Below are positions 10,103 through 22,915 of a DNA stretch of 26,726 nucleotides, in pieces. The stretch comes from Macrostomum lignano. Lineage: Eukaryota. The stretch spans positions 1-26,726 of the forward strand of contig NIVC01001333.1 of NCBI GenBank assembly GCA_002269645.1, given 5' to 3'. The translations under genes and the position numbers were made by a program. The stretch's first letter is position 1, and the number at the start of each line of letters is the position of its first letter. The notes beneath the pieces were generated by a model. It worked only from the letters and a program-made list of their open reading frames with translations. It was not told where the DNA came from and did not search any database.

Positions 10103-12124
10103 ATGCCACTGTCACACGAAGATTGCCTCAATTGGATCTGCATTTTGTGCTTTTCGAAGGCAAAAGAGTTGCAATCCGTTACGCCCTGGATGCTGGCTAT
10201 CATCAATCGGCACAGTGGCTGGCTCTACGATCTGCACAATAATCGCATTCCCAAGGCAATTTGTGGCACGTGCAGATTTGCTCTGCAGCAGCTGGAGAAG
10301 GGCCAACAGGCTGATGTGCCACCGATGTATGACTTCAGGTATGTGCAGCCACTGCCAGTGACCCGATCAGTGGGCCAAGATGAATGCGACTGTAAGATCT
10401 GCAGCACTGCCAGATGCAGAGTCCATCCTCCAGAAGCCAACGTCCCAAAGCGGTCTGTTGAGCGGCCGAGTTTGATGGCGGACGAGGCTACAACGCCCAA
10501 GCCCGAAATGGTCAAGGTCTGCTCCTTCTGCATCAGTCCTATTGGCAGGGGCAAGCCGCACACATGCAACAGACCCACAAGACTGCAGAATGCGCATGCC
10601 CTGTTGCAGGAAGCATCCCCAGAATTCCCAGAGCGGCTCGCCACAACAATTGTGCGGCAGAAACTTATTACTTCAGGCTCCGGAGACACAGCCTCGGGCA
10701 TCACCATGCTGGCATCCAACGCTGGACCCTCAATGAGGCTGGCCGTGAATCCGCCGCCTCGGAGCCAACAGCGGTCTTCACGGCGGATAATATGCATCAT
10801 CTGCAAGGTGAGCTGGGCCTCAGTTCACGCAAAATGGAGGTTGTACTTCGAAATCTTCGGTCTTCGATTGGCGCCTCAGCTGTCCAGAGCAACATCGGCA
10901 GACATTGAGGGAGATGGATCACAAACTGGATGACCTCTTCCAAGCGAAGCAGCTGGCGTTTATCTGAGAAGAGAGGGGAAGGCAGACTCCAGCTGAGCAG
11001 TGGGCCGTTGTCTGCACTGATGTGGTCGAGCTCCTGGGCCGCATGATTGCAAACCGCCGGCTGATGGATGTTGCTTCCACAGTCGTCAGAATTGGAATCG
11101 ATGGTGGAGGTGGGTTCTTGAAGCTCTTGATATCCGTTTTTGACCTGTGCGTGTGTGCTGGTGAGGAGCAGCAGAAGGGGGCTGATCGCCGATTCCTTGA
11201 CACTGGCGTGCATTGGGCCATCATCCTTGGCATCGCTCTCAACATGCAGGAGAACTACAGGAACCTGGAGTGTCTCTGGGAGAGCTGCCGCCTGCAGCTT
11301 CTGTCAGCGAACATCAGCATCGCGTGCGACCTGAAGCTCGCCAACATCCTGCTCGGCTTGATGGCCCACAGCAGCTCGCATCCCTGCACCTGGTGCAACG
11401 TCAATAAAGGGAGCCTTGACAGCTGCGGCGAGCCAAGGACCTTTGGCAGCCTCAGTGAGAAATACCAGGTCTACCTGGCTGCTGGTGGTGAACGCCAACT
11501 AGCTAAGCACTTCGATAATGTCGTCCAGCCCAGCATCTTTTCCGCTGGAGTTGAAGTCCTGGTGTTGCACATTGTCCCTCTGCCGGAGCTGCACCTGCTG
11601 ACCGGTGCGGTCCATGTGCTGTACGAGGGTCTGCATGGTGTGTGGCCCGAGAGCAAAGCTTGGCTTACAGCTTGAAAATGTCCAACGTGACCAGCATCAC
11701 GGTGGCAGCTTCACTGGCAATGCAAGCCGCAAGTTGCTGCGCAACGTGGACCTGCTAGAAGCGATGTGCCCGATGGCAGCGCTGCCGTTTGTTGCCACCC
11801 TTCGAGCGTTGAACTCGGTTGTGGTGTCATGCTTCGGGAGTGAGCTGCGTCCCAATTTCGAGCAGGCGATTCAGGAATTTCGCACCAGTTATGTCGATCT
11901 TGGCATTTCCATCAGTCCAAAAATCCATGCAATTTTCCACCATGTCGGTAACTTCTGCCGCGCCAAGGACAAAACAGGCCTGGGGCCATGGAGCAAACAA
12001 TGCACGGAGTCAATGCACAGAGACTTCCTCCTGCATTGGGAGAGATACAAGGTGGCGAGCACGCATCCTCTTTGCTGAAAGGCTCCTGGCAGCTGTGCGA
12101 TGTTACAACAGTTGCCATTTGTGA
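10103..12124 (+). pseudogene. Chapaev/RAG1-core-like DDE transposase with frameshifts near 10770, 10905, 11673 and 12070 and an in-frame TGA at 10965
   Basis: N-terminal H-x7-CxxC (HEDCLNWICILC), PKAICGTC, CDCKIC and CSFC..GRGKPHTC. Core IGIDGGGGFLK, CDLKLANILLGLMAHSSSHPCTWC, PELHLLTG, FTGNASRKLL, PKIHAIFHHV, GLGPWSKQCTESMH. C-terminus LLAAVRCYNSCHL*. Confidence 0.92.
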
Positions 12125-12702
12125 GCGTTTTGTGGAAAGTGCGAATCCGGAACTGCAACAGTTGAACTGCAAAGCAAGTATTGGACAGTTATGAAGTCAG
12201 AAAATTTAGTAGCATAATTTTTTGACCTACTCAGTTATTGTAGTCAAAGCCTCCAGGAAAATCAACCCGCTAAATGTCCCCTTTGAAGTCTATATATTAA
12301 ATTGCAATTGTAACGATTCTAATTTGAATTGTAAGGTAATACAAAACCTTGTACAATAGGGGTGCTTTCACAAACCCAAAATTTCATAGCATCAAGAACA
12401 TATTCACATGGTTTGGGGTTAGATATTAAGGTGAAAGAATATAAAAAAATAATTTTTATGTTGTAAAATTTGGGGTTTATGAAACGCCGCAGCACCATGC
12501 TGCTTTGAGTTGTTTTGCTTCATGTAAGACAGGATGCTAAGCTTCAAGTAGATTTAAAATGTGCATACAATACAATATTCATGGATTTGCTAAAAAAAAT
12601 TGTGAATTTGTTTTGATTTAAATTGTATTAACTCTTCTTTAATACGTATATTGACAACAATTTGAAAGAATTCAATTACAATGGAATAAATTTCCAATAT
12701 AA

Positions 12703-12867
12703 TCTATGGTAAAAACAGAAAATTGTTTTTTTTAGCTAAAACGAATGAGTACAATTTTAATTTTTTCTTCCATGGAATCCTTAATAACTTGATTGTTGAT
12801 TGTGACAAATAACTTTTCCAGTGAATTTTTTAAGCAATTTTCCACCTATGGTAGGCTTAGCACCGTG
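12703..12867 (-). repeat. Right terminal inverted repeat (165 bp)
   Basis: Reverse complement reads CACGGTGCTAAGCCTACCATAGGTGGAAAATTGCTTAAAAAATTCACTGGAAAAGTTATTTGTCACAAT...TTTTACCATAGA. Confidence 0.92.
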
Positions 12868-13011
12868 CATGCCCTGGTGGTTGGCTTTAAGCTACATATA
12901 ATAGGTTAAAGCTACCAAAAATGGAGCTCAAATTTGAAATCAGCACCATCAAAAACTTTTATAGAGATAGAATTATGATCCTATCAAAATTGCAACTATT
13001 TTATCAACATA

Positions 13012-13483
13012 AACTTCAAGAAGCCCACTGACAGTGCTATACAATAAGGCACTATTATAGGTAGGTTATATAATAACTAATTAATAGTGTAATACACTAT
13101 CTATATTAAATGATGGGAATGAAAATATTTATACAGAAGAAAAGTCTAAGTAAGAGATACACAATAGGGCTTTCCGTAAAAATAGTTATTACATTTTCAC
13201 TATTTTAGTGAGATTTTTCATTTGTAGATATAAATAAAATGATATAAATAAATATTTATATTTGTAGATATAAATAAAATGAAAAATCTCACTAAAATAG
13301 TGAAAATGTAATAACTATTTTTACGGAAAGCCCTATTGTGTATCTCTTACTTAGACTTTTCTTCTGTATAAATATTTTCATTTCATCATTTAATATAGTG
13401 TATTACACTATTAATTAGCTATTATATAACCTACCTATAATAGTGCCTTATTGTATAGCACTGTCAGTGGGCTTCTTGAAGTT
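13012..13483. repeat. Long foldback palindrome: arms 13012-13223 and 13277-13483, 53-bp spacer
   Basis: The arms are reverse complements apart from about 2 substitutions and 2 small indels. Confidence 0.96.
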
Positions 13484-14629
13484 CTTAATTAAGATGATAT
13501 ATTTAAATCATCTAAGCCTTTATTCTTACAATCCTTGTATAAATGAATGAAGCCTAGACTGTTAAAGACTGTTCATCCAGTTAAAAGTGCACTAGACATA
13601 GCGCTTTTAAAACTTTAGGAACTTAGGTGAAATTTAAGTCATTCAACTTGTGTACAACGAAAGCGTTTTTTTAGAATGGAAAGGGACTTTCAAAACAAGC
13701 TTAGTTATCGCATGGTCGAGTGGCCCGACTTGGCCTGGCCATATCACTATTGACGTCAAGTTGTCACCAACACCAAATGTCTGTCACGTCACCGAATTGT
13801 GGGACCCGGCGCCTGACCAGCCAGCCGATCCATTGATAATTCCGTTCTTCGGGAATTCTAATCAGGCACTGATTTTCTTTGAAATTCTAGTTGGTTACAA
13901 CAAAAATTTCTTTACATTGCAGGCTCCATCAGCGAGTGCTTCTGGTTTAGAGGATAGTCGTCAATTCGATGTATTTGTGATTCTTCAAAAGACTTGCAGC
14001 TCTCATGACAACCACGGGAACTTTGACAACTTTTGACCTGGGCTCTATTGGATCTATACATGTAAATGAATACTTTGTCTGTTCTTTGGTTTTGACTCTT
14101 CATGGTTCCGATGAGTTTTTGTGTTCTAGATATTTTGTGAGTGTTTGCTGCAATCACTGCAAATTTATGTGTAAAAATATCAGGCCATACATATTTGAAT
14201 TTACCTTACAGACACTCAAAAAGTTAACTATGTATATGTTGCTACAAAGTAATTTTATTTAACCTCCGATTATCGAGCCCTCAGTAGTTGCAGCTGCACA
14301 TGTATAAATAACGAAACAAAGTCGACGTAAGTATTAATCTCGAGTTAGTAATGGCAGCTTACACCATGAGCGGACATACATGTACGCTGCATGCAGCTAC
14401 TGCGCCAAAGATAGAGTTCGTTAACCACATTATGGTAACAACTAACGATGAGGTACCCTTTAAGCTATAACTTGAAGAATCGTTAAAGCTGCGCAAGTTT
14501 ACATGTTTTGTCGAAAGATCGACTGCGATTAAAATTACGCTACTTAATTGTGTCACTACATGTGCATAGGTGTTGTAACACAACAACAAACGTGTTGAGT
14601 GCGGGCACCACAAGGCGTTAGAATCATGA

Positions 14630-15815
14630 GACATATGCCTTCAGTCATGCCGCGCTGTAAAGCTGTTTAACCGGATGCTGTTATCGCGGTTGCAGTCGCA
14701 GTGCTTAGATCCGTGCCTGCGTCCTTTACATGTAGCAGTACGGCTTCTGGCCCCGTGGCCATTCGAGAAGGCATTCGACTCGGTTGTCATGTCCAAGCTC
14801 ACAGAGGTTGCTCCGTGCGTACAATCGTGCCAGAGAAGCTTTAGTACATGTATCTGCCATCATGGCAATGTACCGTGATGCAAAACCTGCTTTTGCAGCA
14901 CCGGATAGCCTATCATACCTTTTCGAGACATCCTCCTAGAGTTCTGCAGGGAGATACGCTATTACCGTTCCTGTTCCTTTGGTGCTTGACTAAGTGCTGC
15001 GAATTGCTCTTTCAAACAACGACGACGGCTTCGACGTCAACCGACGTGGGTCGATGTCAACCGCGGAGAGGCGACTCTGCGTGCTTGGATACGCCGACGA
15101 TTTCGCCCTGCTGTCGAGGGCGCTCAGCGACAACTGGACAAGCTGATTGCTGTTGCGGTGAGTGTCGGCCTGGTGGTCAACACGCAGAAGACCGCGTCGG
15201 GCTTTGCGTGCCGGACGACATCGAGTCTGCAATTTTGCGCCGAGGACAGGTGACGGAGCTTCCGAGTAGTCAGCAGTTCATCAACCTCTCGGTGTCTTGT
15301 TCTGGTTCTCGTCGTCCGTGAGGACCTGCTGCGTCGCCACGGGCTTGCCTGGGCTGCCTTTCGTTCTGTGAGGGCAGTCCTGCACTACGAGGCCGTACCT
15401 GACCGCCAGAGGGCAAGCGCTGTTTTAGGCAGTGGTCGAGACCGTCCAGCTGTACCACGTTGGGAACTGGATGCTGAACAACTCGCTCGAGCAACAAGTA
15501 GACGCGGAACACTAACGCGCTGCCTTCAAGATTGAGTTTCCAACGCGGCACTGTATCACAGCGCCGGCCTGGTCCGTCCAAGAGACGCGCGTGTTGTGCC
15601 GTCGGCAACTCCAGTTGACGGGCCAGAACAACCGCACCGAGTAGTACTTCCCACAGACGGTGCAGGAGATGCTGCTGCTGACGCTGCAGACACCCAGCGG
15701 GGACAGGCGCGGACTCGGCGTTTCGTCGACTTGCCTGCTGGCTGACGCCGGTGTCTCGGCATCGGTCAGCGGCGGGGCCTTCGTTGCGCACCTGGCCCAT
15801 AGGCGCGCCCTGTGA
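14630..15815 (+). mobile_element. 5'-truncated, heavily decayed non-LTR retrotransposon (RTE-like reverse transcriptase)
   Basis: Across shifting frames: KLFNRMLLSRLQ, FEKAFDSV (14762-14785), VLQGDTLLPFLF (QGD 14947-14955), VLGYADDFALLS (YADD 15090-15101), LDKLIAVAVSVGLVVNTQKT, AVVETVQLY..NWML and RRQLQLTG. Last stop at 15813-15815. Confidence 0.9.
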
Positions 15816-17263
15816 CGTTGCCTTCTAAAAACCCTGACAGCTTTTGTTATTGTAGCGATCTCTAAAAATAAACATATTTATATGATCACTGTGCATGTAT
15901 AAACACAACAGTAGCTGCAGGCATCTACAGCACTTTTGTACAACGGCTGCATATACGTACATGTACGTACACGCATGTCCTGCATATATTTGTATTGACT
16001 GTATTTGCCTGGTCGGCTTGGATAATTGATTTTGAAGTGCGCACGTAACAAATTTCGTATCTTACTTCGAATAAGTTGAATCGAAAAGCATTGAGGCGTT
16101 TCTGGACTTAGACGTCACAACTTAATTTCTTATCAACAGCAAACAGAAAGAAGACCGCTAAGGTCCGTAATTAAAGATTCTTCCCTGGGCCTCCGCACCA
16201 TTGGGCACCGGACATGGACTTCAAGGGGCTCTTACTCTCTGATACTGACATTTTCTGCGGTAGCTGGGCAATCCGACAGTATCCAATCGCTCTCTCTCTC
16301 CTGCGCCTCTCCCGGCATGCACGTCATCTTCTGCGGAGGGCGTCCGGCAATCTGGCGGACATTCTCTCGGGGCACTCGCAACACGCCAGACCGCTGATCT
16401 ATAGGGATATTCTCCCTTCCATCGGTGGCGTCTTCTCCCCATATTTAGTCCGACTTTGCCAACGTCTGGCGCACGCGCGGTTAGCGCATTTTCGTCAGAT
16501 TCCAGCTTCATCTGCTTTCTCCTTGGGCTGGCCAAACTGCCCTCATTCAGGAGGCCGGGGTTGTCCCTTTTGTGGGTCGTTCGCTTGCAAGGAACCGAAA
16601 CGGAAAGCGAGATAGAAGAGATAGAGAAAAAGCGGCTGCAGAACGCTAGGGAAGAAGGTCAGCTTAGGAGACTGGGCATCACGTGTGCGTGCGGCGCCGC
16701 TGTGTTCTTCTCTTCGTTGTCCACTGGCCTCCCGCCCAGAAGGGCTTAGCCGAACCCACAGCTTATCTGTTCCCCCATTCCTCTTCCCTAAGTCTCTTCC
16801 CTTGCGATATCTTGATCCACCATTCGCTGGCGCGCACCTGGGGGGTTTCCTGCGCGCATTTGCACTTTTTTTCTAACGTAAGCGGGCAACTTGATGGAAT
16901 AGAGAAAAGCGAACGGCGCCCAGAGATCCGCTGCTGCAGGCTTCCCCGAGCTCCCCCGGCTTCTCCCTGCTGCCCTCTGCTACCTTTTTGTTCTGAAGCA
17001 GAGAAACTTCTTGATTGCTTTTGACCTGAACGCTGAAGCGGGTAGCGGTATAGAGAGGGTGCTGTTGAGTTTTTACTTTGACTCGCCGCTCAAACACAGG
17101 CCAAATCATTGATCACAGGGAGCACTCGGATCCTCTCACGGACTACCTTAAGTCCTGCGAGGCAGCGGAGGCCGACGGATCTACGGTGGCCGCTCGGCAG
17201 CAGCCGAACCGCAATTTGAAGCCTCCGCAGGCTGGCGGGGCGAACTTGGCGCGGGGCTCCACC

Positions 17264-19534
17264 ATGGGCTCGGCGATGCCGAACGGCCTGGCGCCCATCG
17301 TGCGGGTGGACCGCATCCTGGTTGGGAGGCCGATCAAGGTGAGCGCCCCCTGCATCCATCTGTTCTCCCCTCTCTTCATCTTAAACAAATCCCATCGGGT
17401 TTCAGTCTCTCTGAATTGGACAATACGATAAGATTCGAAGCTTCTGACCGTGTTAGAGAATTATGTTGTTTTAGACCAGGCGAGCTCGGGTGCTTTGAAC
17501 GCTTTGAGGTTCTTCTTTCAAATCTTCTTCTTTCAGGTATTGGCCTTCATGATGTCCCTGGGTCACCTGTTCTTCATCATGATAGCCATAGCCAGCAGCA
17601 GTTGGATCGTGTCCGACAGCACCTGCAGCGGCCTCTGGGAGGAGTGCTGGACCCGCAACAATGTCTCCGACTGCACTTACCGGCCAGCCAATACGGGTGA
17701 GATTTCGATTTTGAATTAACTTCAGAGCAGGACACATGCATGAGGCTGGAAAGTCTTCAAAGTTTCAAGTCCTGATTTCACCCCTTATTTTGTAAAGGAT
17801 ACTCAGCCGCCTGCGGTGTCCTGATGCTCTCTGCTGCCCTCATCAGCGGCATAGCGGCCACGTCCTACGCCTGCGGCATGTTGACTAAAGACTCCAACAA
17901 GAAAGCCGTGATTTACACCTTCACCATCGGACTGCAGGGGGTGTCAGGTGAGAGCTGTCAACGAGCCGCTGACAAAAAGAAGGTAGTGGGGGACAGAGTC
18001 AGAGAAGAGTCAGCAACCCAGCCACTAGCTCTATGCTGTGCATGACATTTCACTGCAGAAACCCTTAGGCTGCCCCTCAGATCGCGACACAGCAGTTGCG
18101 TCTCTCGTTGCCCGAAGCTGTTTCTCGATCTGCCCGTCTCTCACGCACAGATGAACATTGTAGCGCCGCGACCATGCATGGCTCTTCGAATCCCTGTCTC
18201 TGTGGCAGCGGACTCCCCCTTCCTGCCTCTCACGCTCTGAAGAAAAATGTCAGCCTCGAATGCGGAGGTGAAGTGGAATCGCGCAGTGCATCGGAGGGGG
18301 TGGCAGAGGGAGGGCAGAAAGGGCAATCGCGCTGCCCTCGGATAGCAGAAAGTTCCCATGCGTGGCAAAATCATTTTCTGAGCGATTTCGCGGCCTCCCG
18401 ATTCTGATTTCTAGTCTGGCACGGTAATTTCCCGGAGCTCGGGATTGGTCGAGCAAAAACCCACGCAAAGAAAAAAAGTGCACGCAAAGAAATTATTAAA
18501 AGCGCAGATGAAGTTCACAGCTGAAGGGGTCCTGCGGTGCGCACGAGGGTGTGATTAAATACACACTGTTTCTGGCCCCAAAGATAGCAGCGAACGGCTA
18601 CAAAATTAATTTTTCAACTACTTGAAGTAGCATCGTTTAGGCTTCTAGTTTTGAAAACTTAGAACGAAACTTCATCAACGACTCCTAGTTGTACTCTTGT
18701 CAGTTCAGAACCAACTACTTCAACGATATGAATTTTACGTCTGTACGGCCATCTCATTTAATGTAAGACTGTCATGAAATGCAGGAAAAAATCAAACCAA
18801 AATTTGCCTGCTTACTGTTGAAGCCTTGTAACAATTGGAGCCTCTGACGGACCCTCCTTTAAGACATCGGTAACTCTCTCTAGAGCCTCTGACAACCCCC
18901 TTCACACGTCAGTAACTATTATACCCTCTAGAGACATTAGTAACTCTTTAGAGCCTCGATCCGACAACGCTCTAGAGACATTGGTAACTCTTTAGAGTCT
19001 CGATCTGACAGCGCTCTAGAGATATTGGTAACACTTTTAGAACCCCCGATAACGTGATCTAGGGGCATTGGTAACTCTTTAGAAGAGACATTGGTAACTC
19101 CTTAGAAGAGACATTGGTAACTCTTTAGAAGAGACACTGGCAACTCTTTAGAGCCTCCGACAACCCTTTCGAGACATTGGTGACTCATTCGACAGAGCCT
19201 GAAGATGCGTAAATGGAAAAAAATCAATCCATATCGCCTCAAAGCCGCATGCAGGAAAACACGCATTGACATCGCTACATATCGGACACCTCCCACAGCC
19301 CTGGTCGAGTCGGTGGCCCTGATCGCCTTCCCCATCAGCCACATGCGCGAGATCTCGGAGCGCCGGGCGCCGCAGACGGCTGCCCAGTGGGACATCGGCT
19401 GGGCCTACTACATCGGCTGGGTCTCCGTGCTCAGCGTCATCGTTGCCATGGTGATGCTGTTCCTAGACATGAACAGCGAGGAGCTGGTCTACAGGGAGCG
19501 GGTCACCCGCTGCGACGAAGTAGACGACGTCTGA
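17264..19534 (+). CDS. TMEM47/VAB-9/PERP-like tetraspan protein (PMP22/claudin superfamily), 206 aa, 4 exons: 17264-17338, 17537-17696, 17798-17947, 19299-19534
   Basis: Kozak-like CCACCATGG start; RPIKVLAF..IAIASSSW..GLWEEC..C claudin-type first loop; four hydrophobic segments; FPI..WDIGWAYYIGW and LDMNSEELVYRE tail. GT-AG introns are phase-compatible (0,1,1) and the exons total 621 nt. Confidence 0.88.
18860..19190. repeat. Degenerate ~22-bp minisatellite in intron 3 of the TMEM47-like gene
   Basis: GAGACATTGGTAACTCTTTAGA recurs. It is spaced 44 bp apart at ~18931, 18975 and 19019, then head to tail at ~19063-19150. Confidence 0.8.
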
Positions 19535-20332
19535 GACGGCGAAACACACGACGTGCGACGATGGAGAAAGTTGAGACTTAATTGTGTTTGGAAATTCTTT
19601 GTTGACATGCATATGTACTTCTAATCCACTGCATCACCTACGGGATTTGAGTGCAGATTCCTTAGGACACTACGCCCAGTTAGCTAGATATGTATTCGCC
19701 GAAAGAAGCGTTGGCGACCGCGCTGTATCGATTTTTAAGTTCAGAAAAGTGTCAATTTTGGAAATTCAAATTCGCGCCGAAACGCAGAAAACAAACCCGG
19801 AAAAGCGAGTAGAAAATCAAATTTACATTTTCATTTGTTGTCACCTTAGCTGCTCTGCTATGTCAATGTGACATTTACAGCAAACCAGCAGCCCTCTTGA
19901 TCGATTCTAGAGCCAAGTTTTCTTGGCTTTTCACCTTTATTTCACGTAAAGTTGATCGAATTATTTATTTTTTAGAAGAAATTCATTTGCTCGAATAATC
20001 CCCACCTGAATCCTGCCGGTCAGGTGTTGAATGCGCTGATCTGTGCACTCTGCGCTGATCTAGAAGAATCTTTTTAGGAAAAATGCCTGCACTGAATGCT
20101 CAGAAACCGGATTGGAGAGGTGAGACTAGCAACCCTTTTTACCTTTGCATATCTCAATGGAAATTTAGCTTCAAAATTTTTGATGACTCTATATGTAAAA
20201 GCCCAAAGAACGCAAGCGAGTGAAGTCACAAGCGAAAGTTTTTAATAAAAAAAAAATATGCTTGATTGGATTGTAGCACAATTGCAAGTCTCCTGTGTTT
20301 TACTAAATTTGGTTGTGGTGGTTTATATAGTA

Positions 20333-20692
<360 letters not shown>

Positions 20693-20982
20693 TATTAATT
20701 TCAAATATGAAGAAACGTCAAATACTTTTTAACTTCGGGTCGAAAAGTTCATTATAAAGCATACAAGATTAATTGCAATCTCCAGTGTTTTATTGTAATA
20801 AAATCTATTTGAATATCTCTAGAGACAAAATTAAAACGGACATTGAAGCAGAGTACCTATTTCAATGCAGGCTTTGCTCTGCCTGCAAATAAATTCGCAT
20901 GGCTTCTGATCGAGAGCTCGATGAATATGGAAATGCTTTATTCGTATTGATACTCTGTTACAGTGAAGCTAGTATGGAGCCT

Positions 20983-21103
20983 GGTCACGGTTGGGTGGTC
21001 ACGGTTGGGTGGTCACGGTTGGGTGGTCACGGTTGGGTGGTCACGGTTGGGTGGTCACGGTGGGGTGGTCACGGTGGGGTGGTCACGGTGGGGTGGTCAC
21101 GGT
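20983..21103. repeat. 14-bp G-rich tandem repeat GGTCACGGT(T/G)GGGT, 8 full units plus a partial
   Basis: Units at 20983, 20997 and so on to 21081; the first five carry T, the last three carry G. Confidence 0.95.
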
Positions 21104-21183
21104 GGTCGGTGGGCTGGTCACGGTGGAAGGCCAGAACGCAAATTTGAGCACAGTGAGTCCAGCAGTCGCCAGTGCCAATCAGG

Positions 21184-21330
21184 TCATTGCAGGCCTGGCA
21201 GCGGCACAATCTGGGCATTGCGCAGGTCCGGAGACCGGACTCCACAGGCCTGGAACAGGGCGTACCCGGTGAACAGGTGCGACACAACCAGGATGCGAAA
21301 GTCAGCCTGCGACTTGTTGTCGGCGAGCTC
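21184..21330 (-). pseudogene. Duplicated terminal exon of the histidine phosphatase gene (orphan or alternative last exon)
   Basis: 147 nt identical to 23075-23221 except GAA>GAC (E>D). It keeps the GCAACACTTTGCAG acceptor and the stop codon. Confidence 0.85.
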
Positions 21331-22095
21331 CTGCAAAGTGTTGCAGGAGTTTGGAAATTCTTTGTTGACATGCATATGTACTTCTAATCCACTGCATCAC
21401 CTACGGGATTTGAGTGCAGATTCCTTAGGACACTACGCCCAGTTAGCTAGATATGTATTCGCCGAAAGAAGCGTTGGCGACCGCGCTGTATCGATTTTTA
21501 AGTTCAGAAAAGTGTCAATTTTGGAAATTCAAATTCGCGCCGAAACGCAGAAAACAAACCCGGAAAAGCGAGTAGAAAATCAAATTTACATTTTCATTTG
21601 TTGTCACCTTAGCTGCTCTGCTATGTCAATGTGACATTTACAGCAAACCAGCAGCCCTCTTGATCGATTCTAGAGCCAAGTTTTCTTGGCTTTTCACCTT
21701 TATTTCACGTAAAGTTGATCGAATTATTTATTTTTTAGAAGAAATTCATTTGCTCGAATAATCCCCACCTGAATCCTGCCGGTCAGGTGTTGAATGCGCT
21801 GATCTGTGCACTCTGCGCTGATCTAGAAGAATCTTTTTAGGAAAAATGCCTGCACTGAATGCTCAGAAACCGGATTGGAGAGGTGAGACTAGCAACCCTT
21901 TTTACCTTTGCATATCTCAATGGAAATTTAGCTTCAAAATTTTTGATGACTCTATATGTAAAAGCCCAAAGAACGCAAGCGAGTGAAGTCACAAGCGAAA
22001 GTTTTTAATAAAAAAAAAATATGCTTGATTGGATTGTAGCACAATTGCAAGTCTCCTGTGTTTTACTAAATTTGGTTGTGGTGGTTTATATAGTA

Positions 22096-22113
22096 TAGTA
22101 GTAGTAGTAGTAA

Positions 22114-22154
<41 letters not shown>

Positions 22155-22155
22155 A

Positions 22156-22203
<48 letters not shown>

Positions 22204-22235
22204 TAGTAGTAGTAGTGGTAGTTGGTAGTAGTAAA

Positions 22236-22281
<46 letters not shown>

Positions 22282-22282
22282 A

Positions 22283-22324
<42 letters not shown>

Positions 22325-22341
22325 TTGGTAGTAGTAAAAGA

Positions 22342-22377
<36 letters not shown>

Positions 22378-22417
22378 GGTAGTAGTAGTAGTAGTAGTGG
22401 TAGTTGGTAGTAGTAAA

Positions 22418-22457
<40 letters not shown>

Positions 22458-22474
22458 AAAGTAGTAGTAGTAAA

Positions 22475-22506
<32 letters not shown>

Positions 22507-22529
22507 TAGTGGTAGTTGGTAGTAGTAAA

Positions 22530-22625
<96 letters not shown>
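22096..22625. repeat. (TAG)n compound microsatellite, copy B
   Basis: Same structure as 20333-20692 but ~170 bp longer. Confidence 0.98.
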
Positions 22626-22915
22626 TATTAATTTCAAATATGAAGAAACGCCAAATACTTTTTAACTTCGGGTCGAAAAGTTCATTATAAAGCATACAAG
22701 ATTAATTGCAATCTCCAGTGTTTTATTGTAATAAAATCTATTTGAATATCTCTAGAGACAAAATTAAAACGGACATTGAAGCAGAGTACCTATTTCAATG
22801 CAGGCTTTGCTCTGCCTGCAAATAAATTCGCATGGCTTCTGATCGAGAGCTCGATGAATATGGAAATGCTTTATTCGTATTGATACTCTGTTACAGTGAA
22901 GCTAGTATGGAGCCT

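Larger units (their letters stand above)
9258..12867 (+). mobile_element. Complete Chapaev-like DNA transposon (3610 bp) with RAG1/Transib-type transposase
   Basis: Termini CACGGTG (9258) and CACCGTG (12861-12867), CATG on both flanks (9254-9257, 12868-12871), long imperfect TIRs, and an internal transposase pseudogene. Confidence 0.88.

Noticed and set aside
9420-12702. RAG2-like partner gene (ProtoRAG architecture)
   Set aside because: Only ~680 bp and ~580 bp lie outside the transposase, with no kelch or PHD motifs visible.
16214-17109. Several overlapping ORFs of 60-130 aa
   Set aside because: No recognisable motifs; expected by chance in GC-rich leader or promoter sequence.
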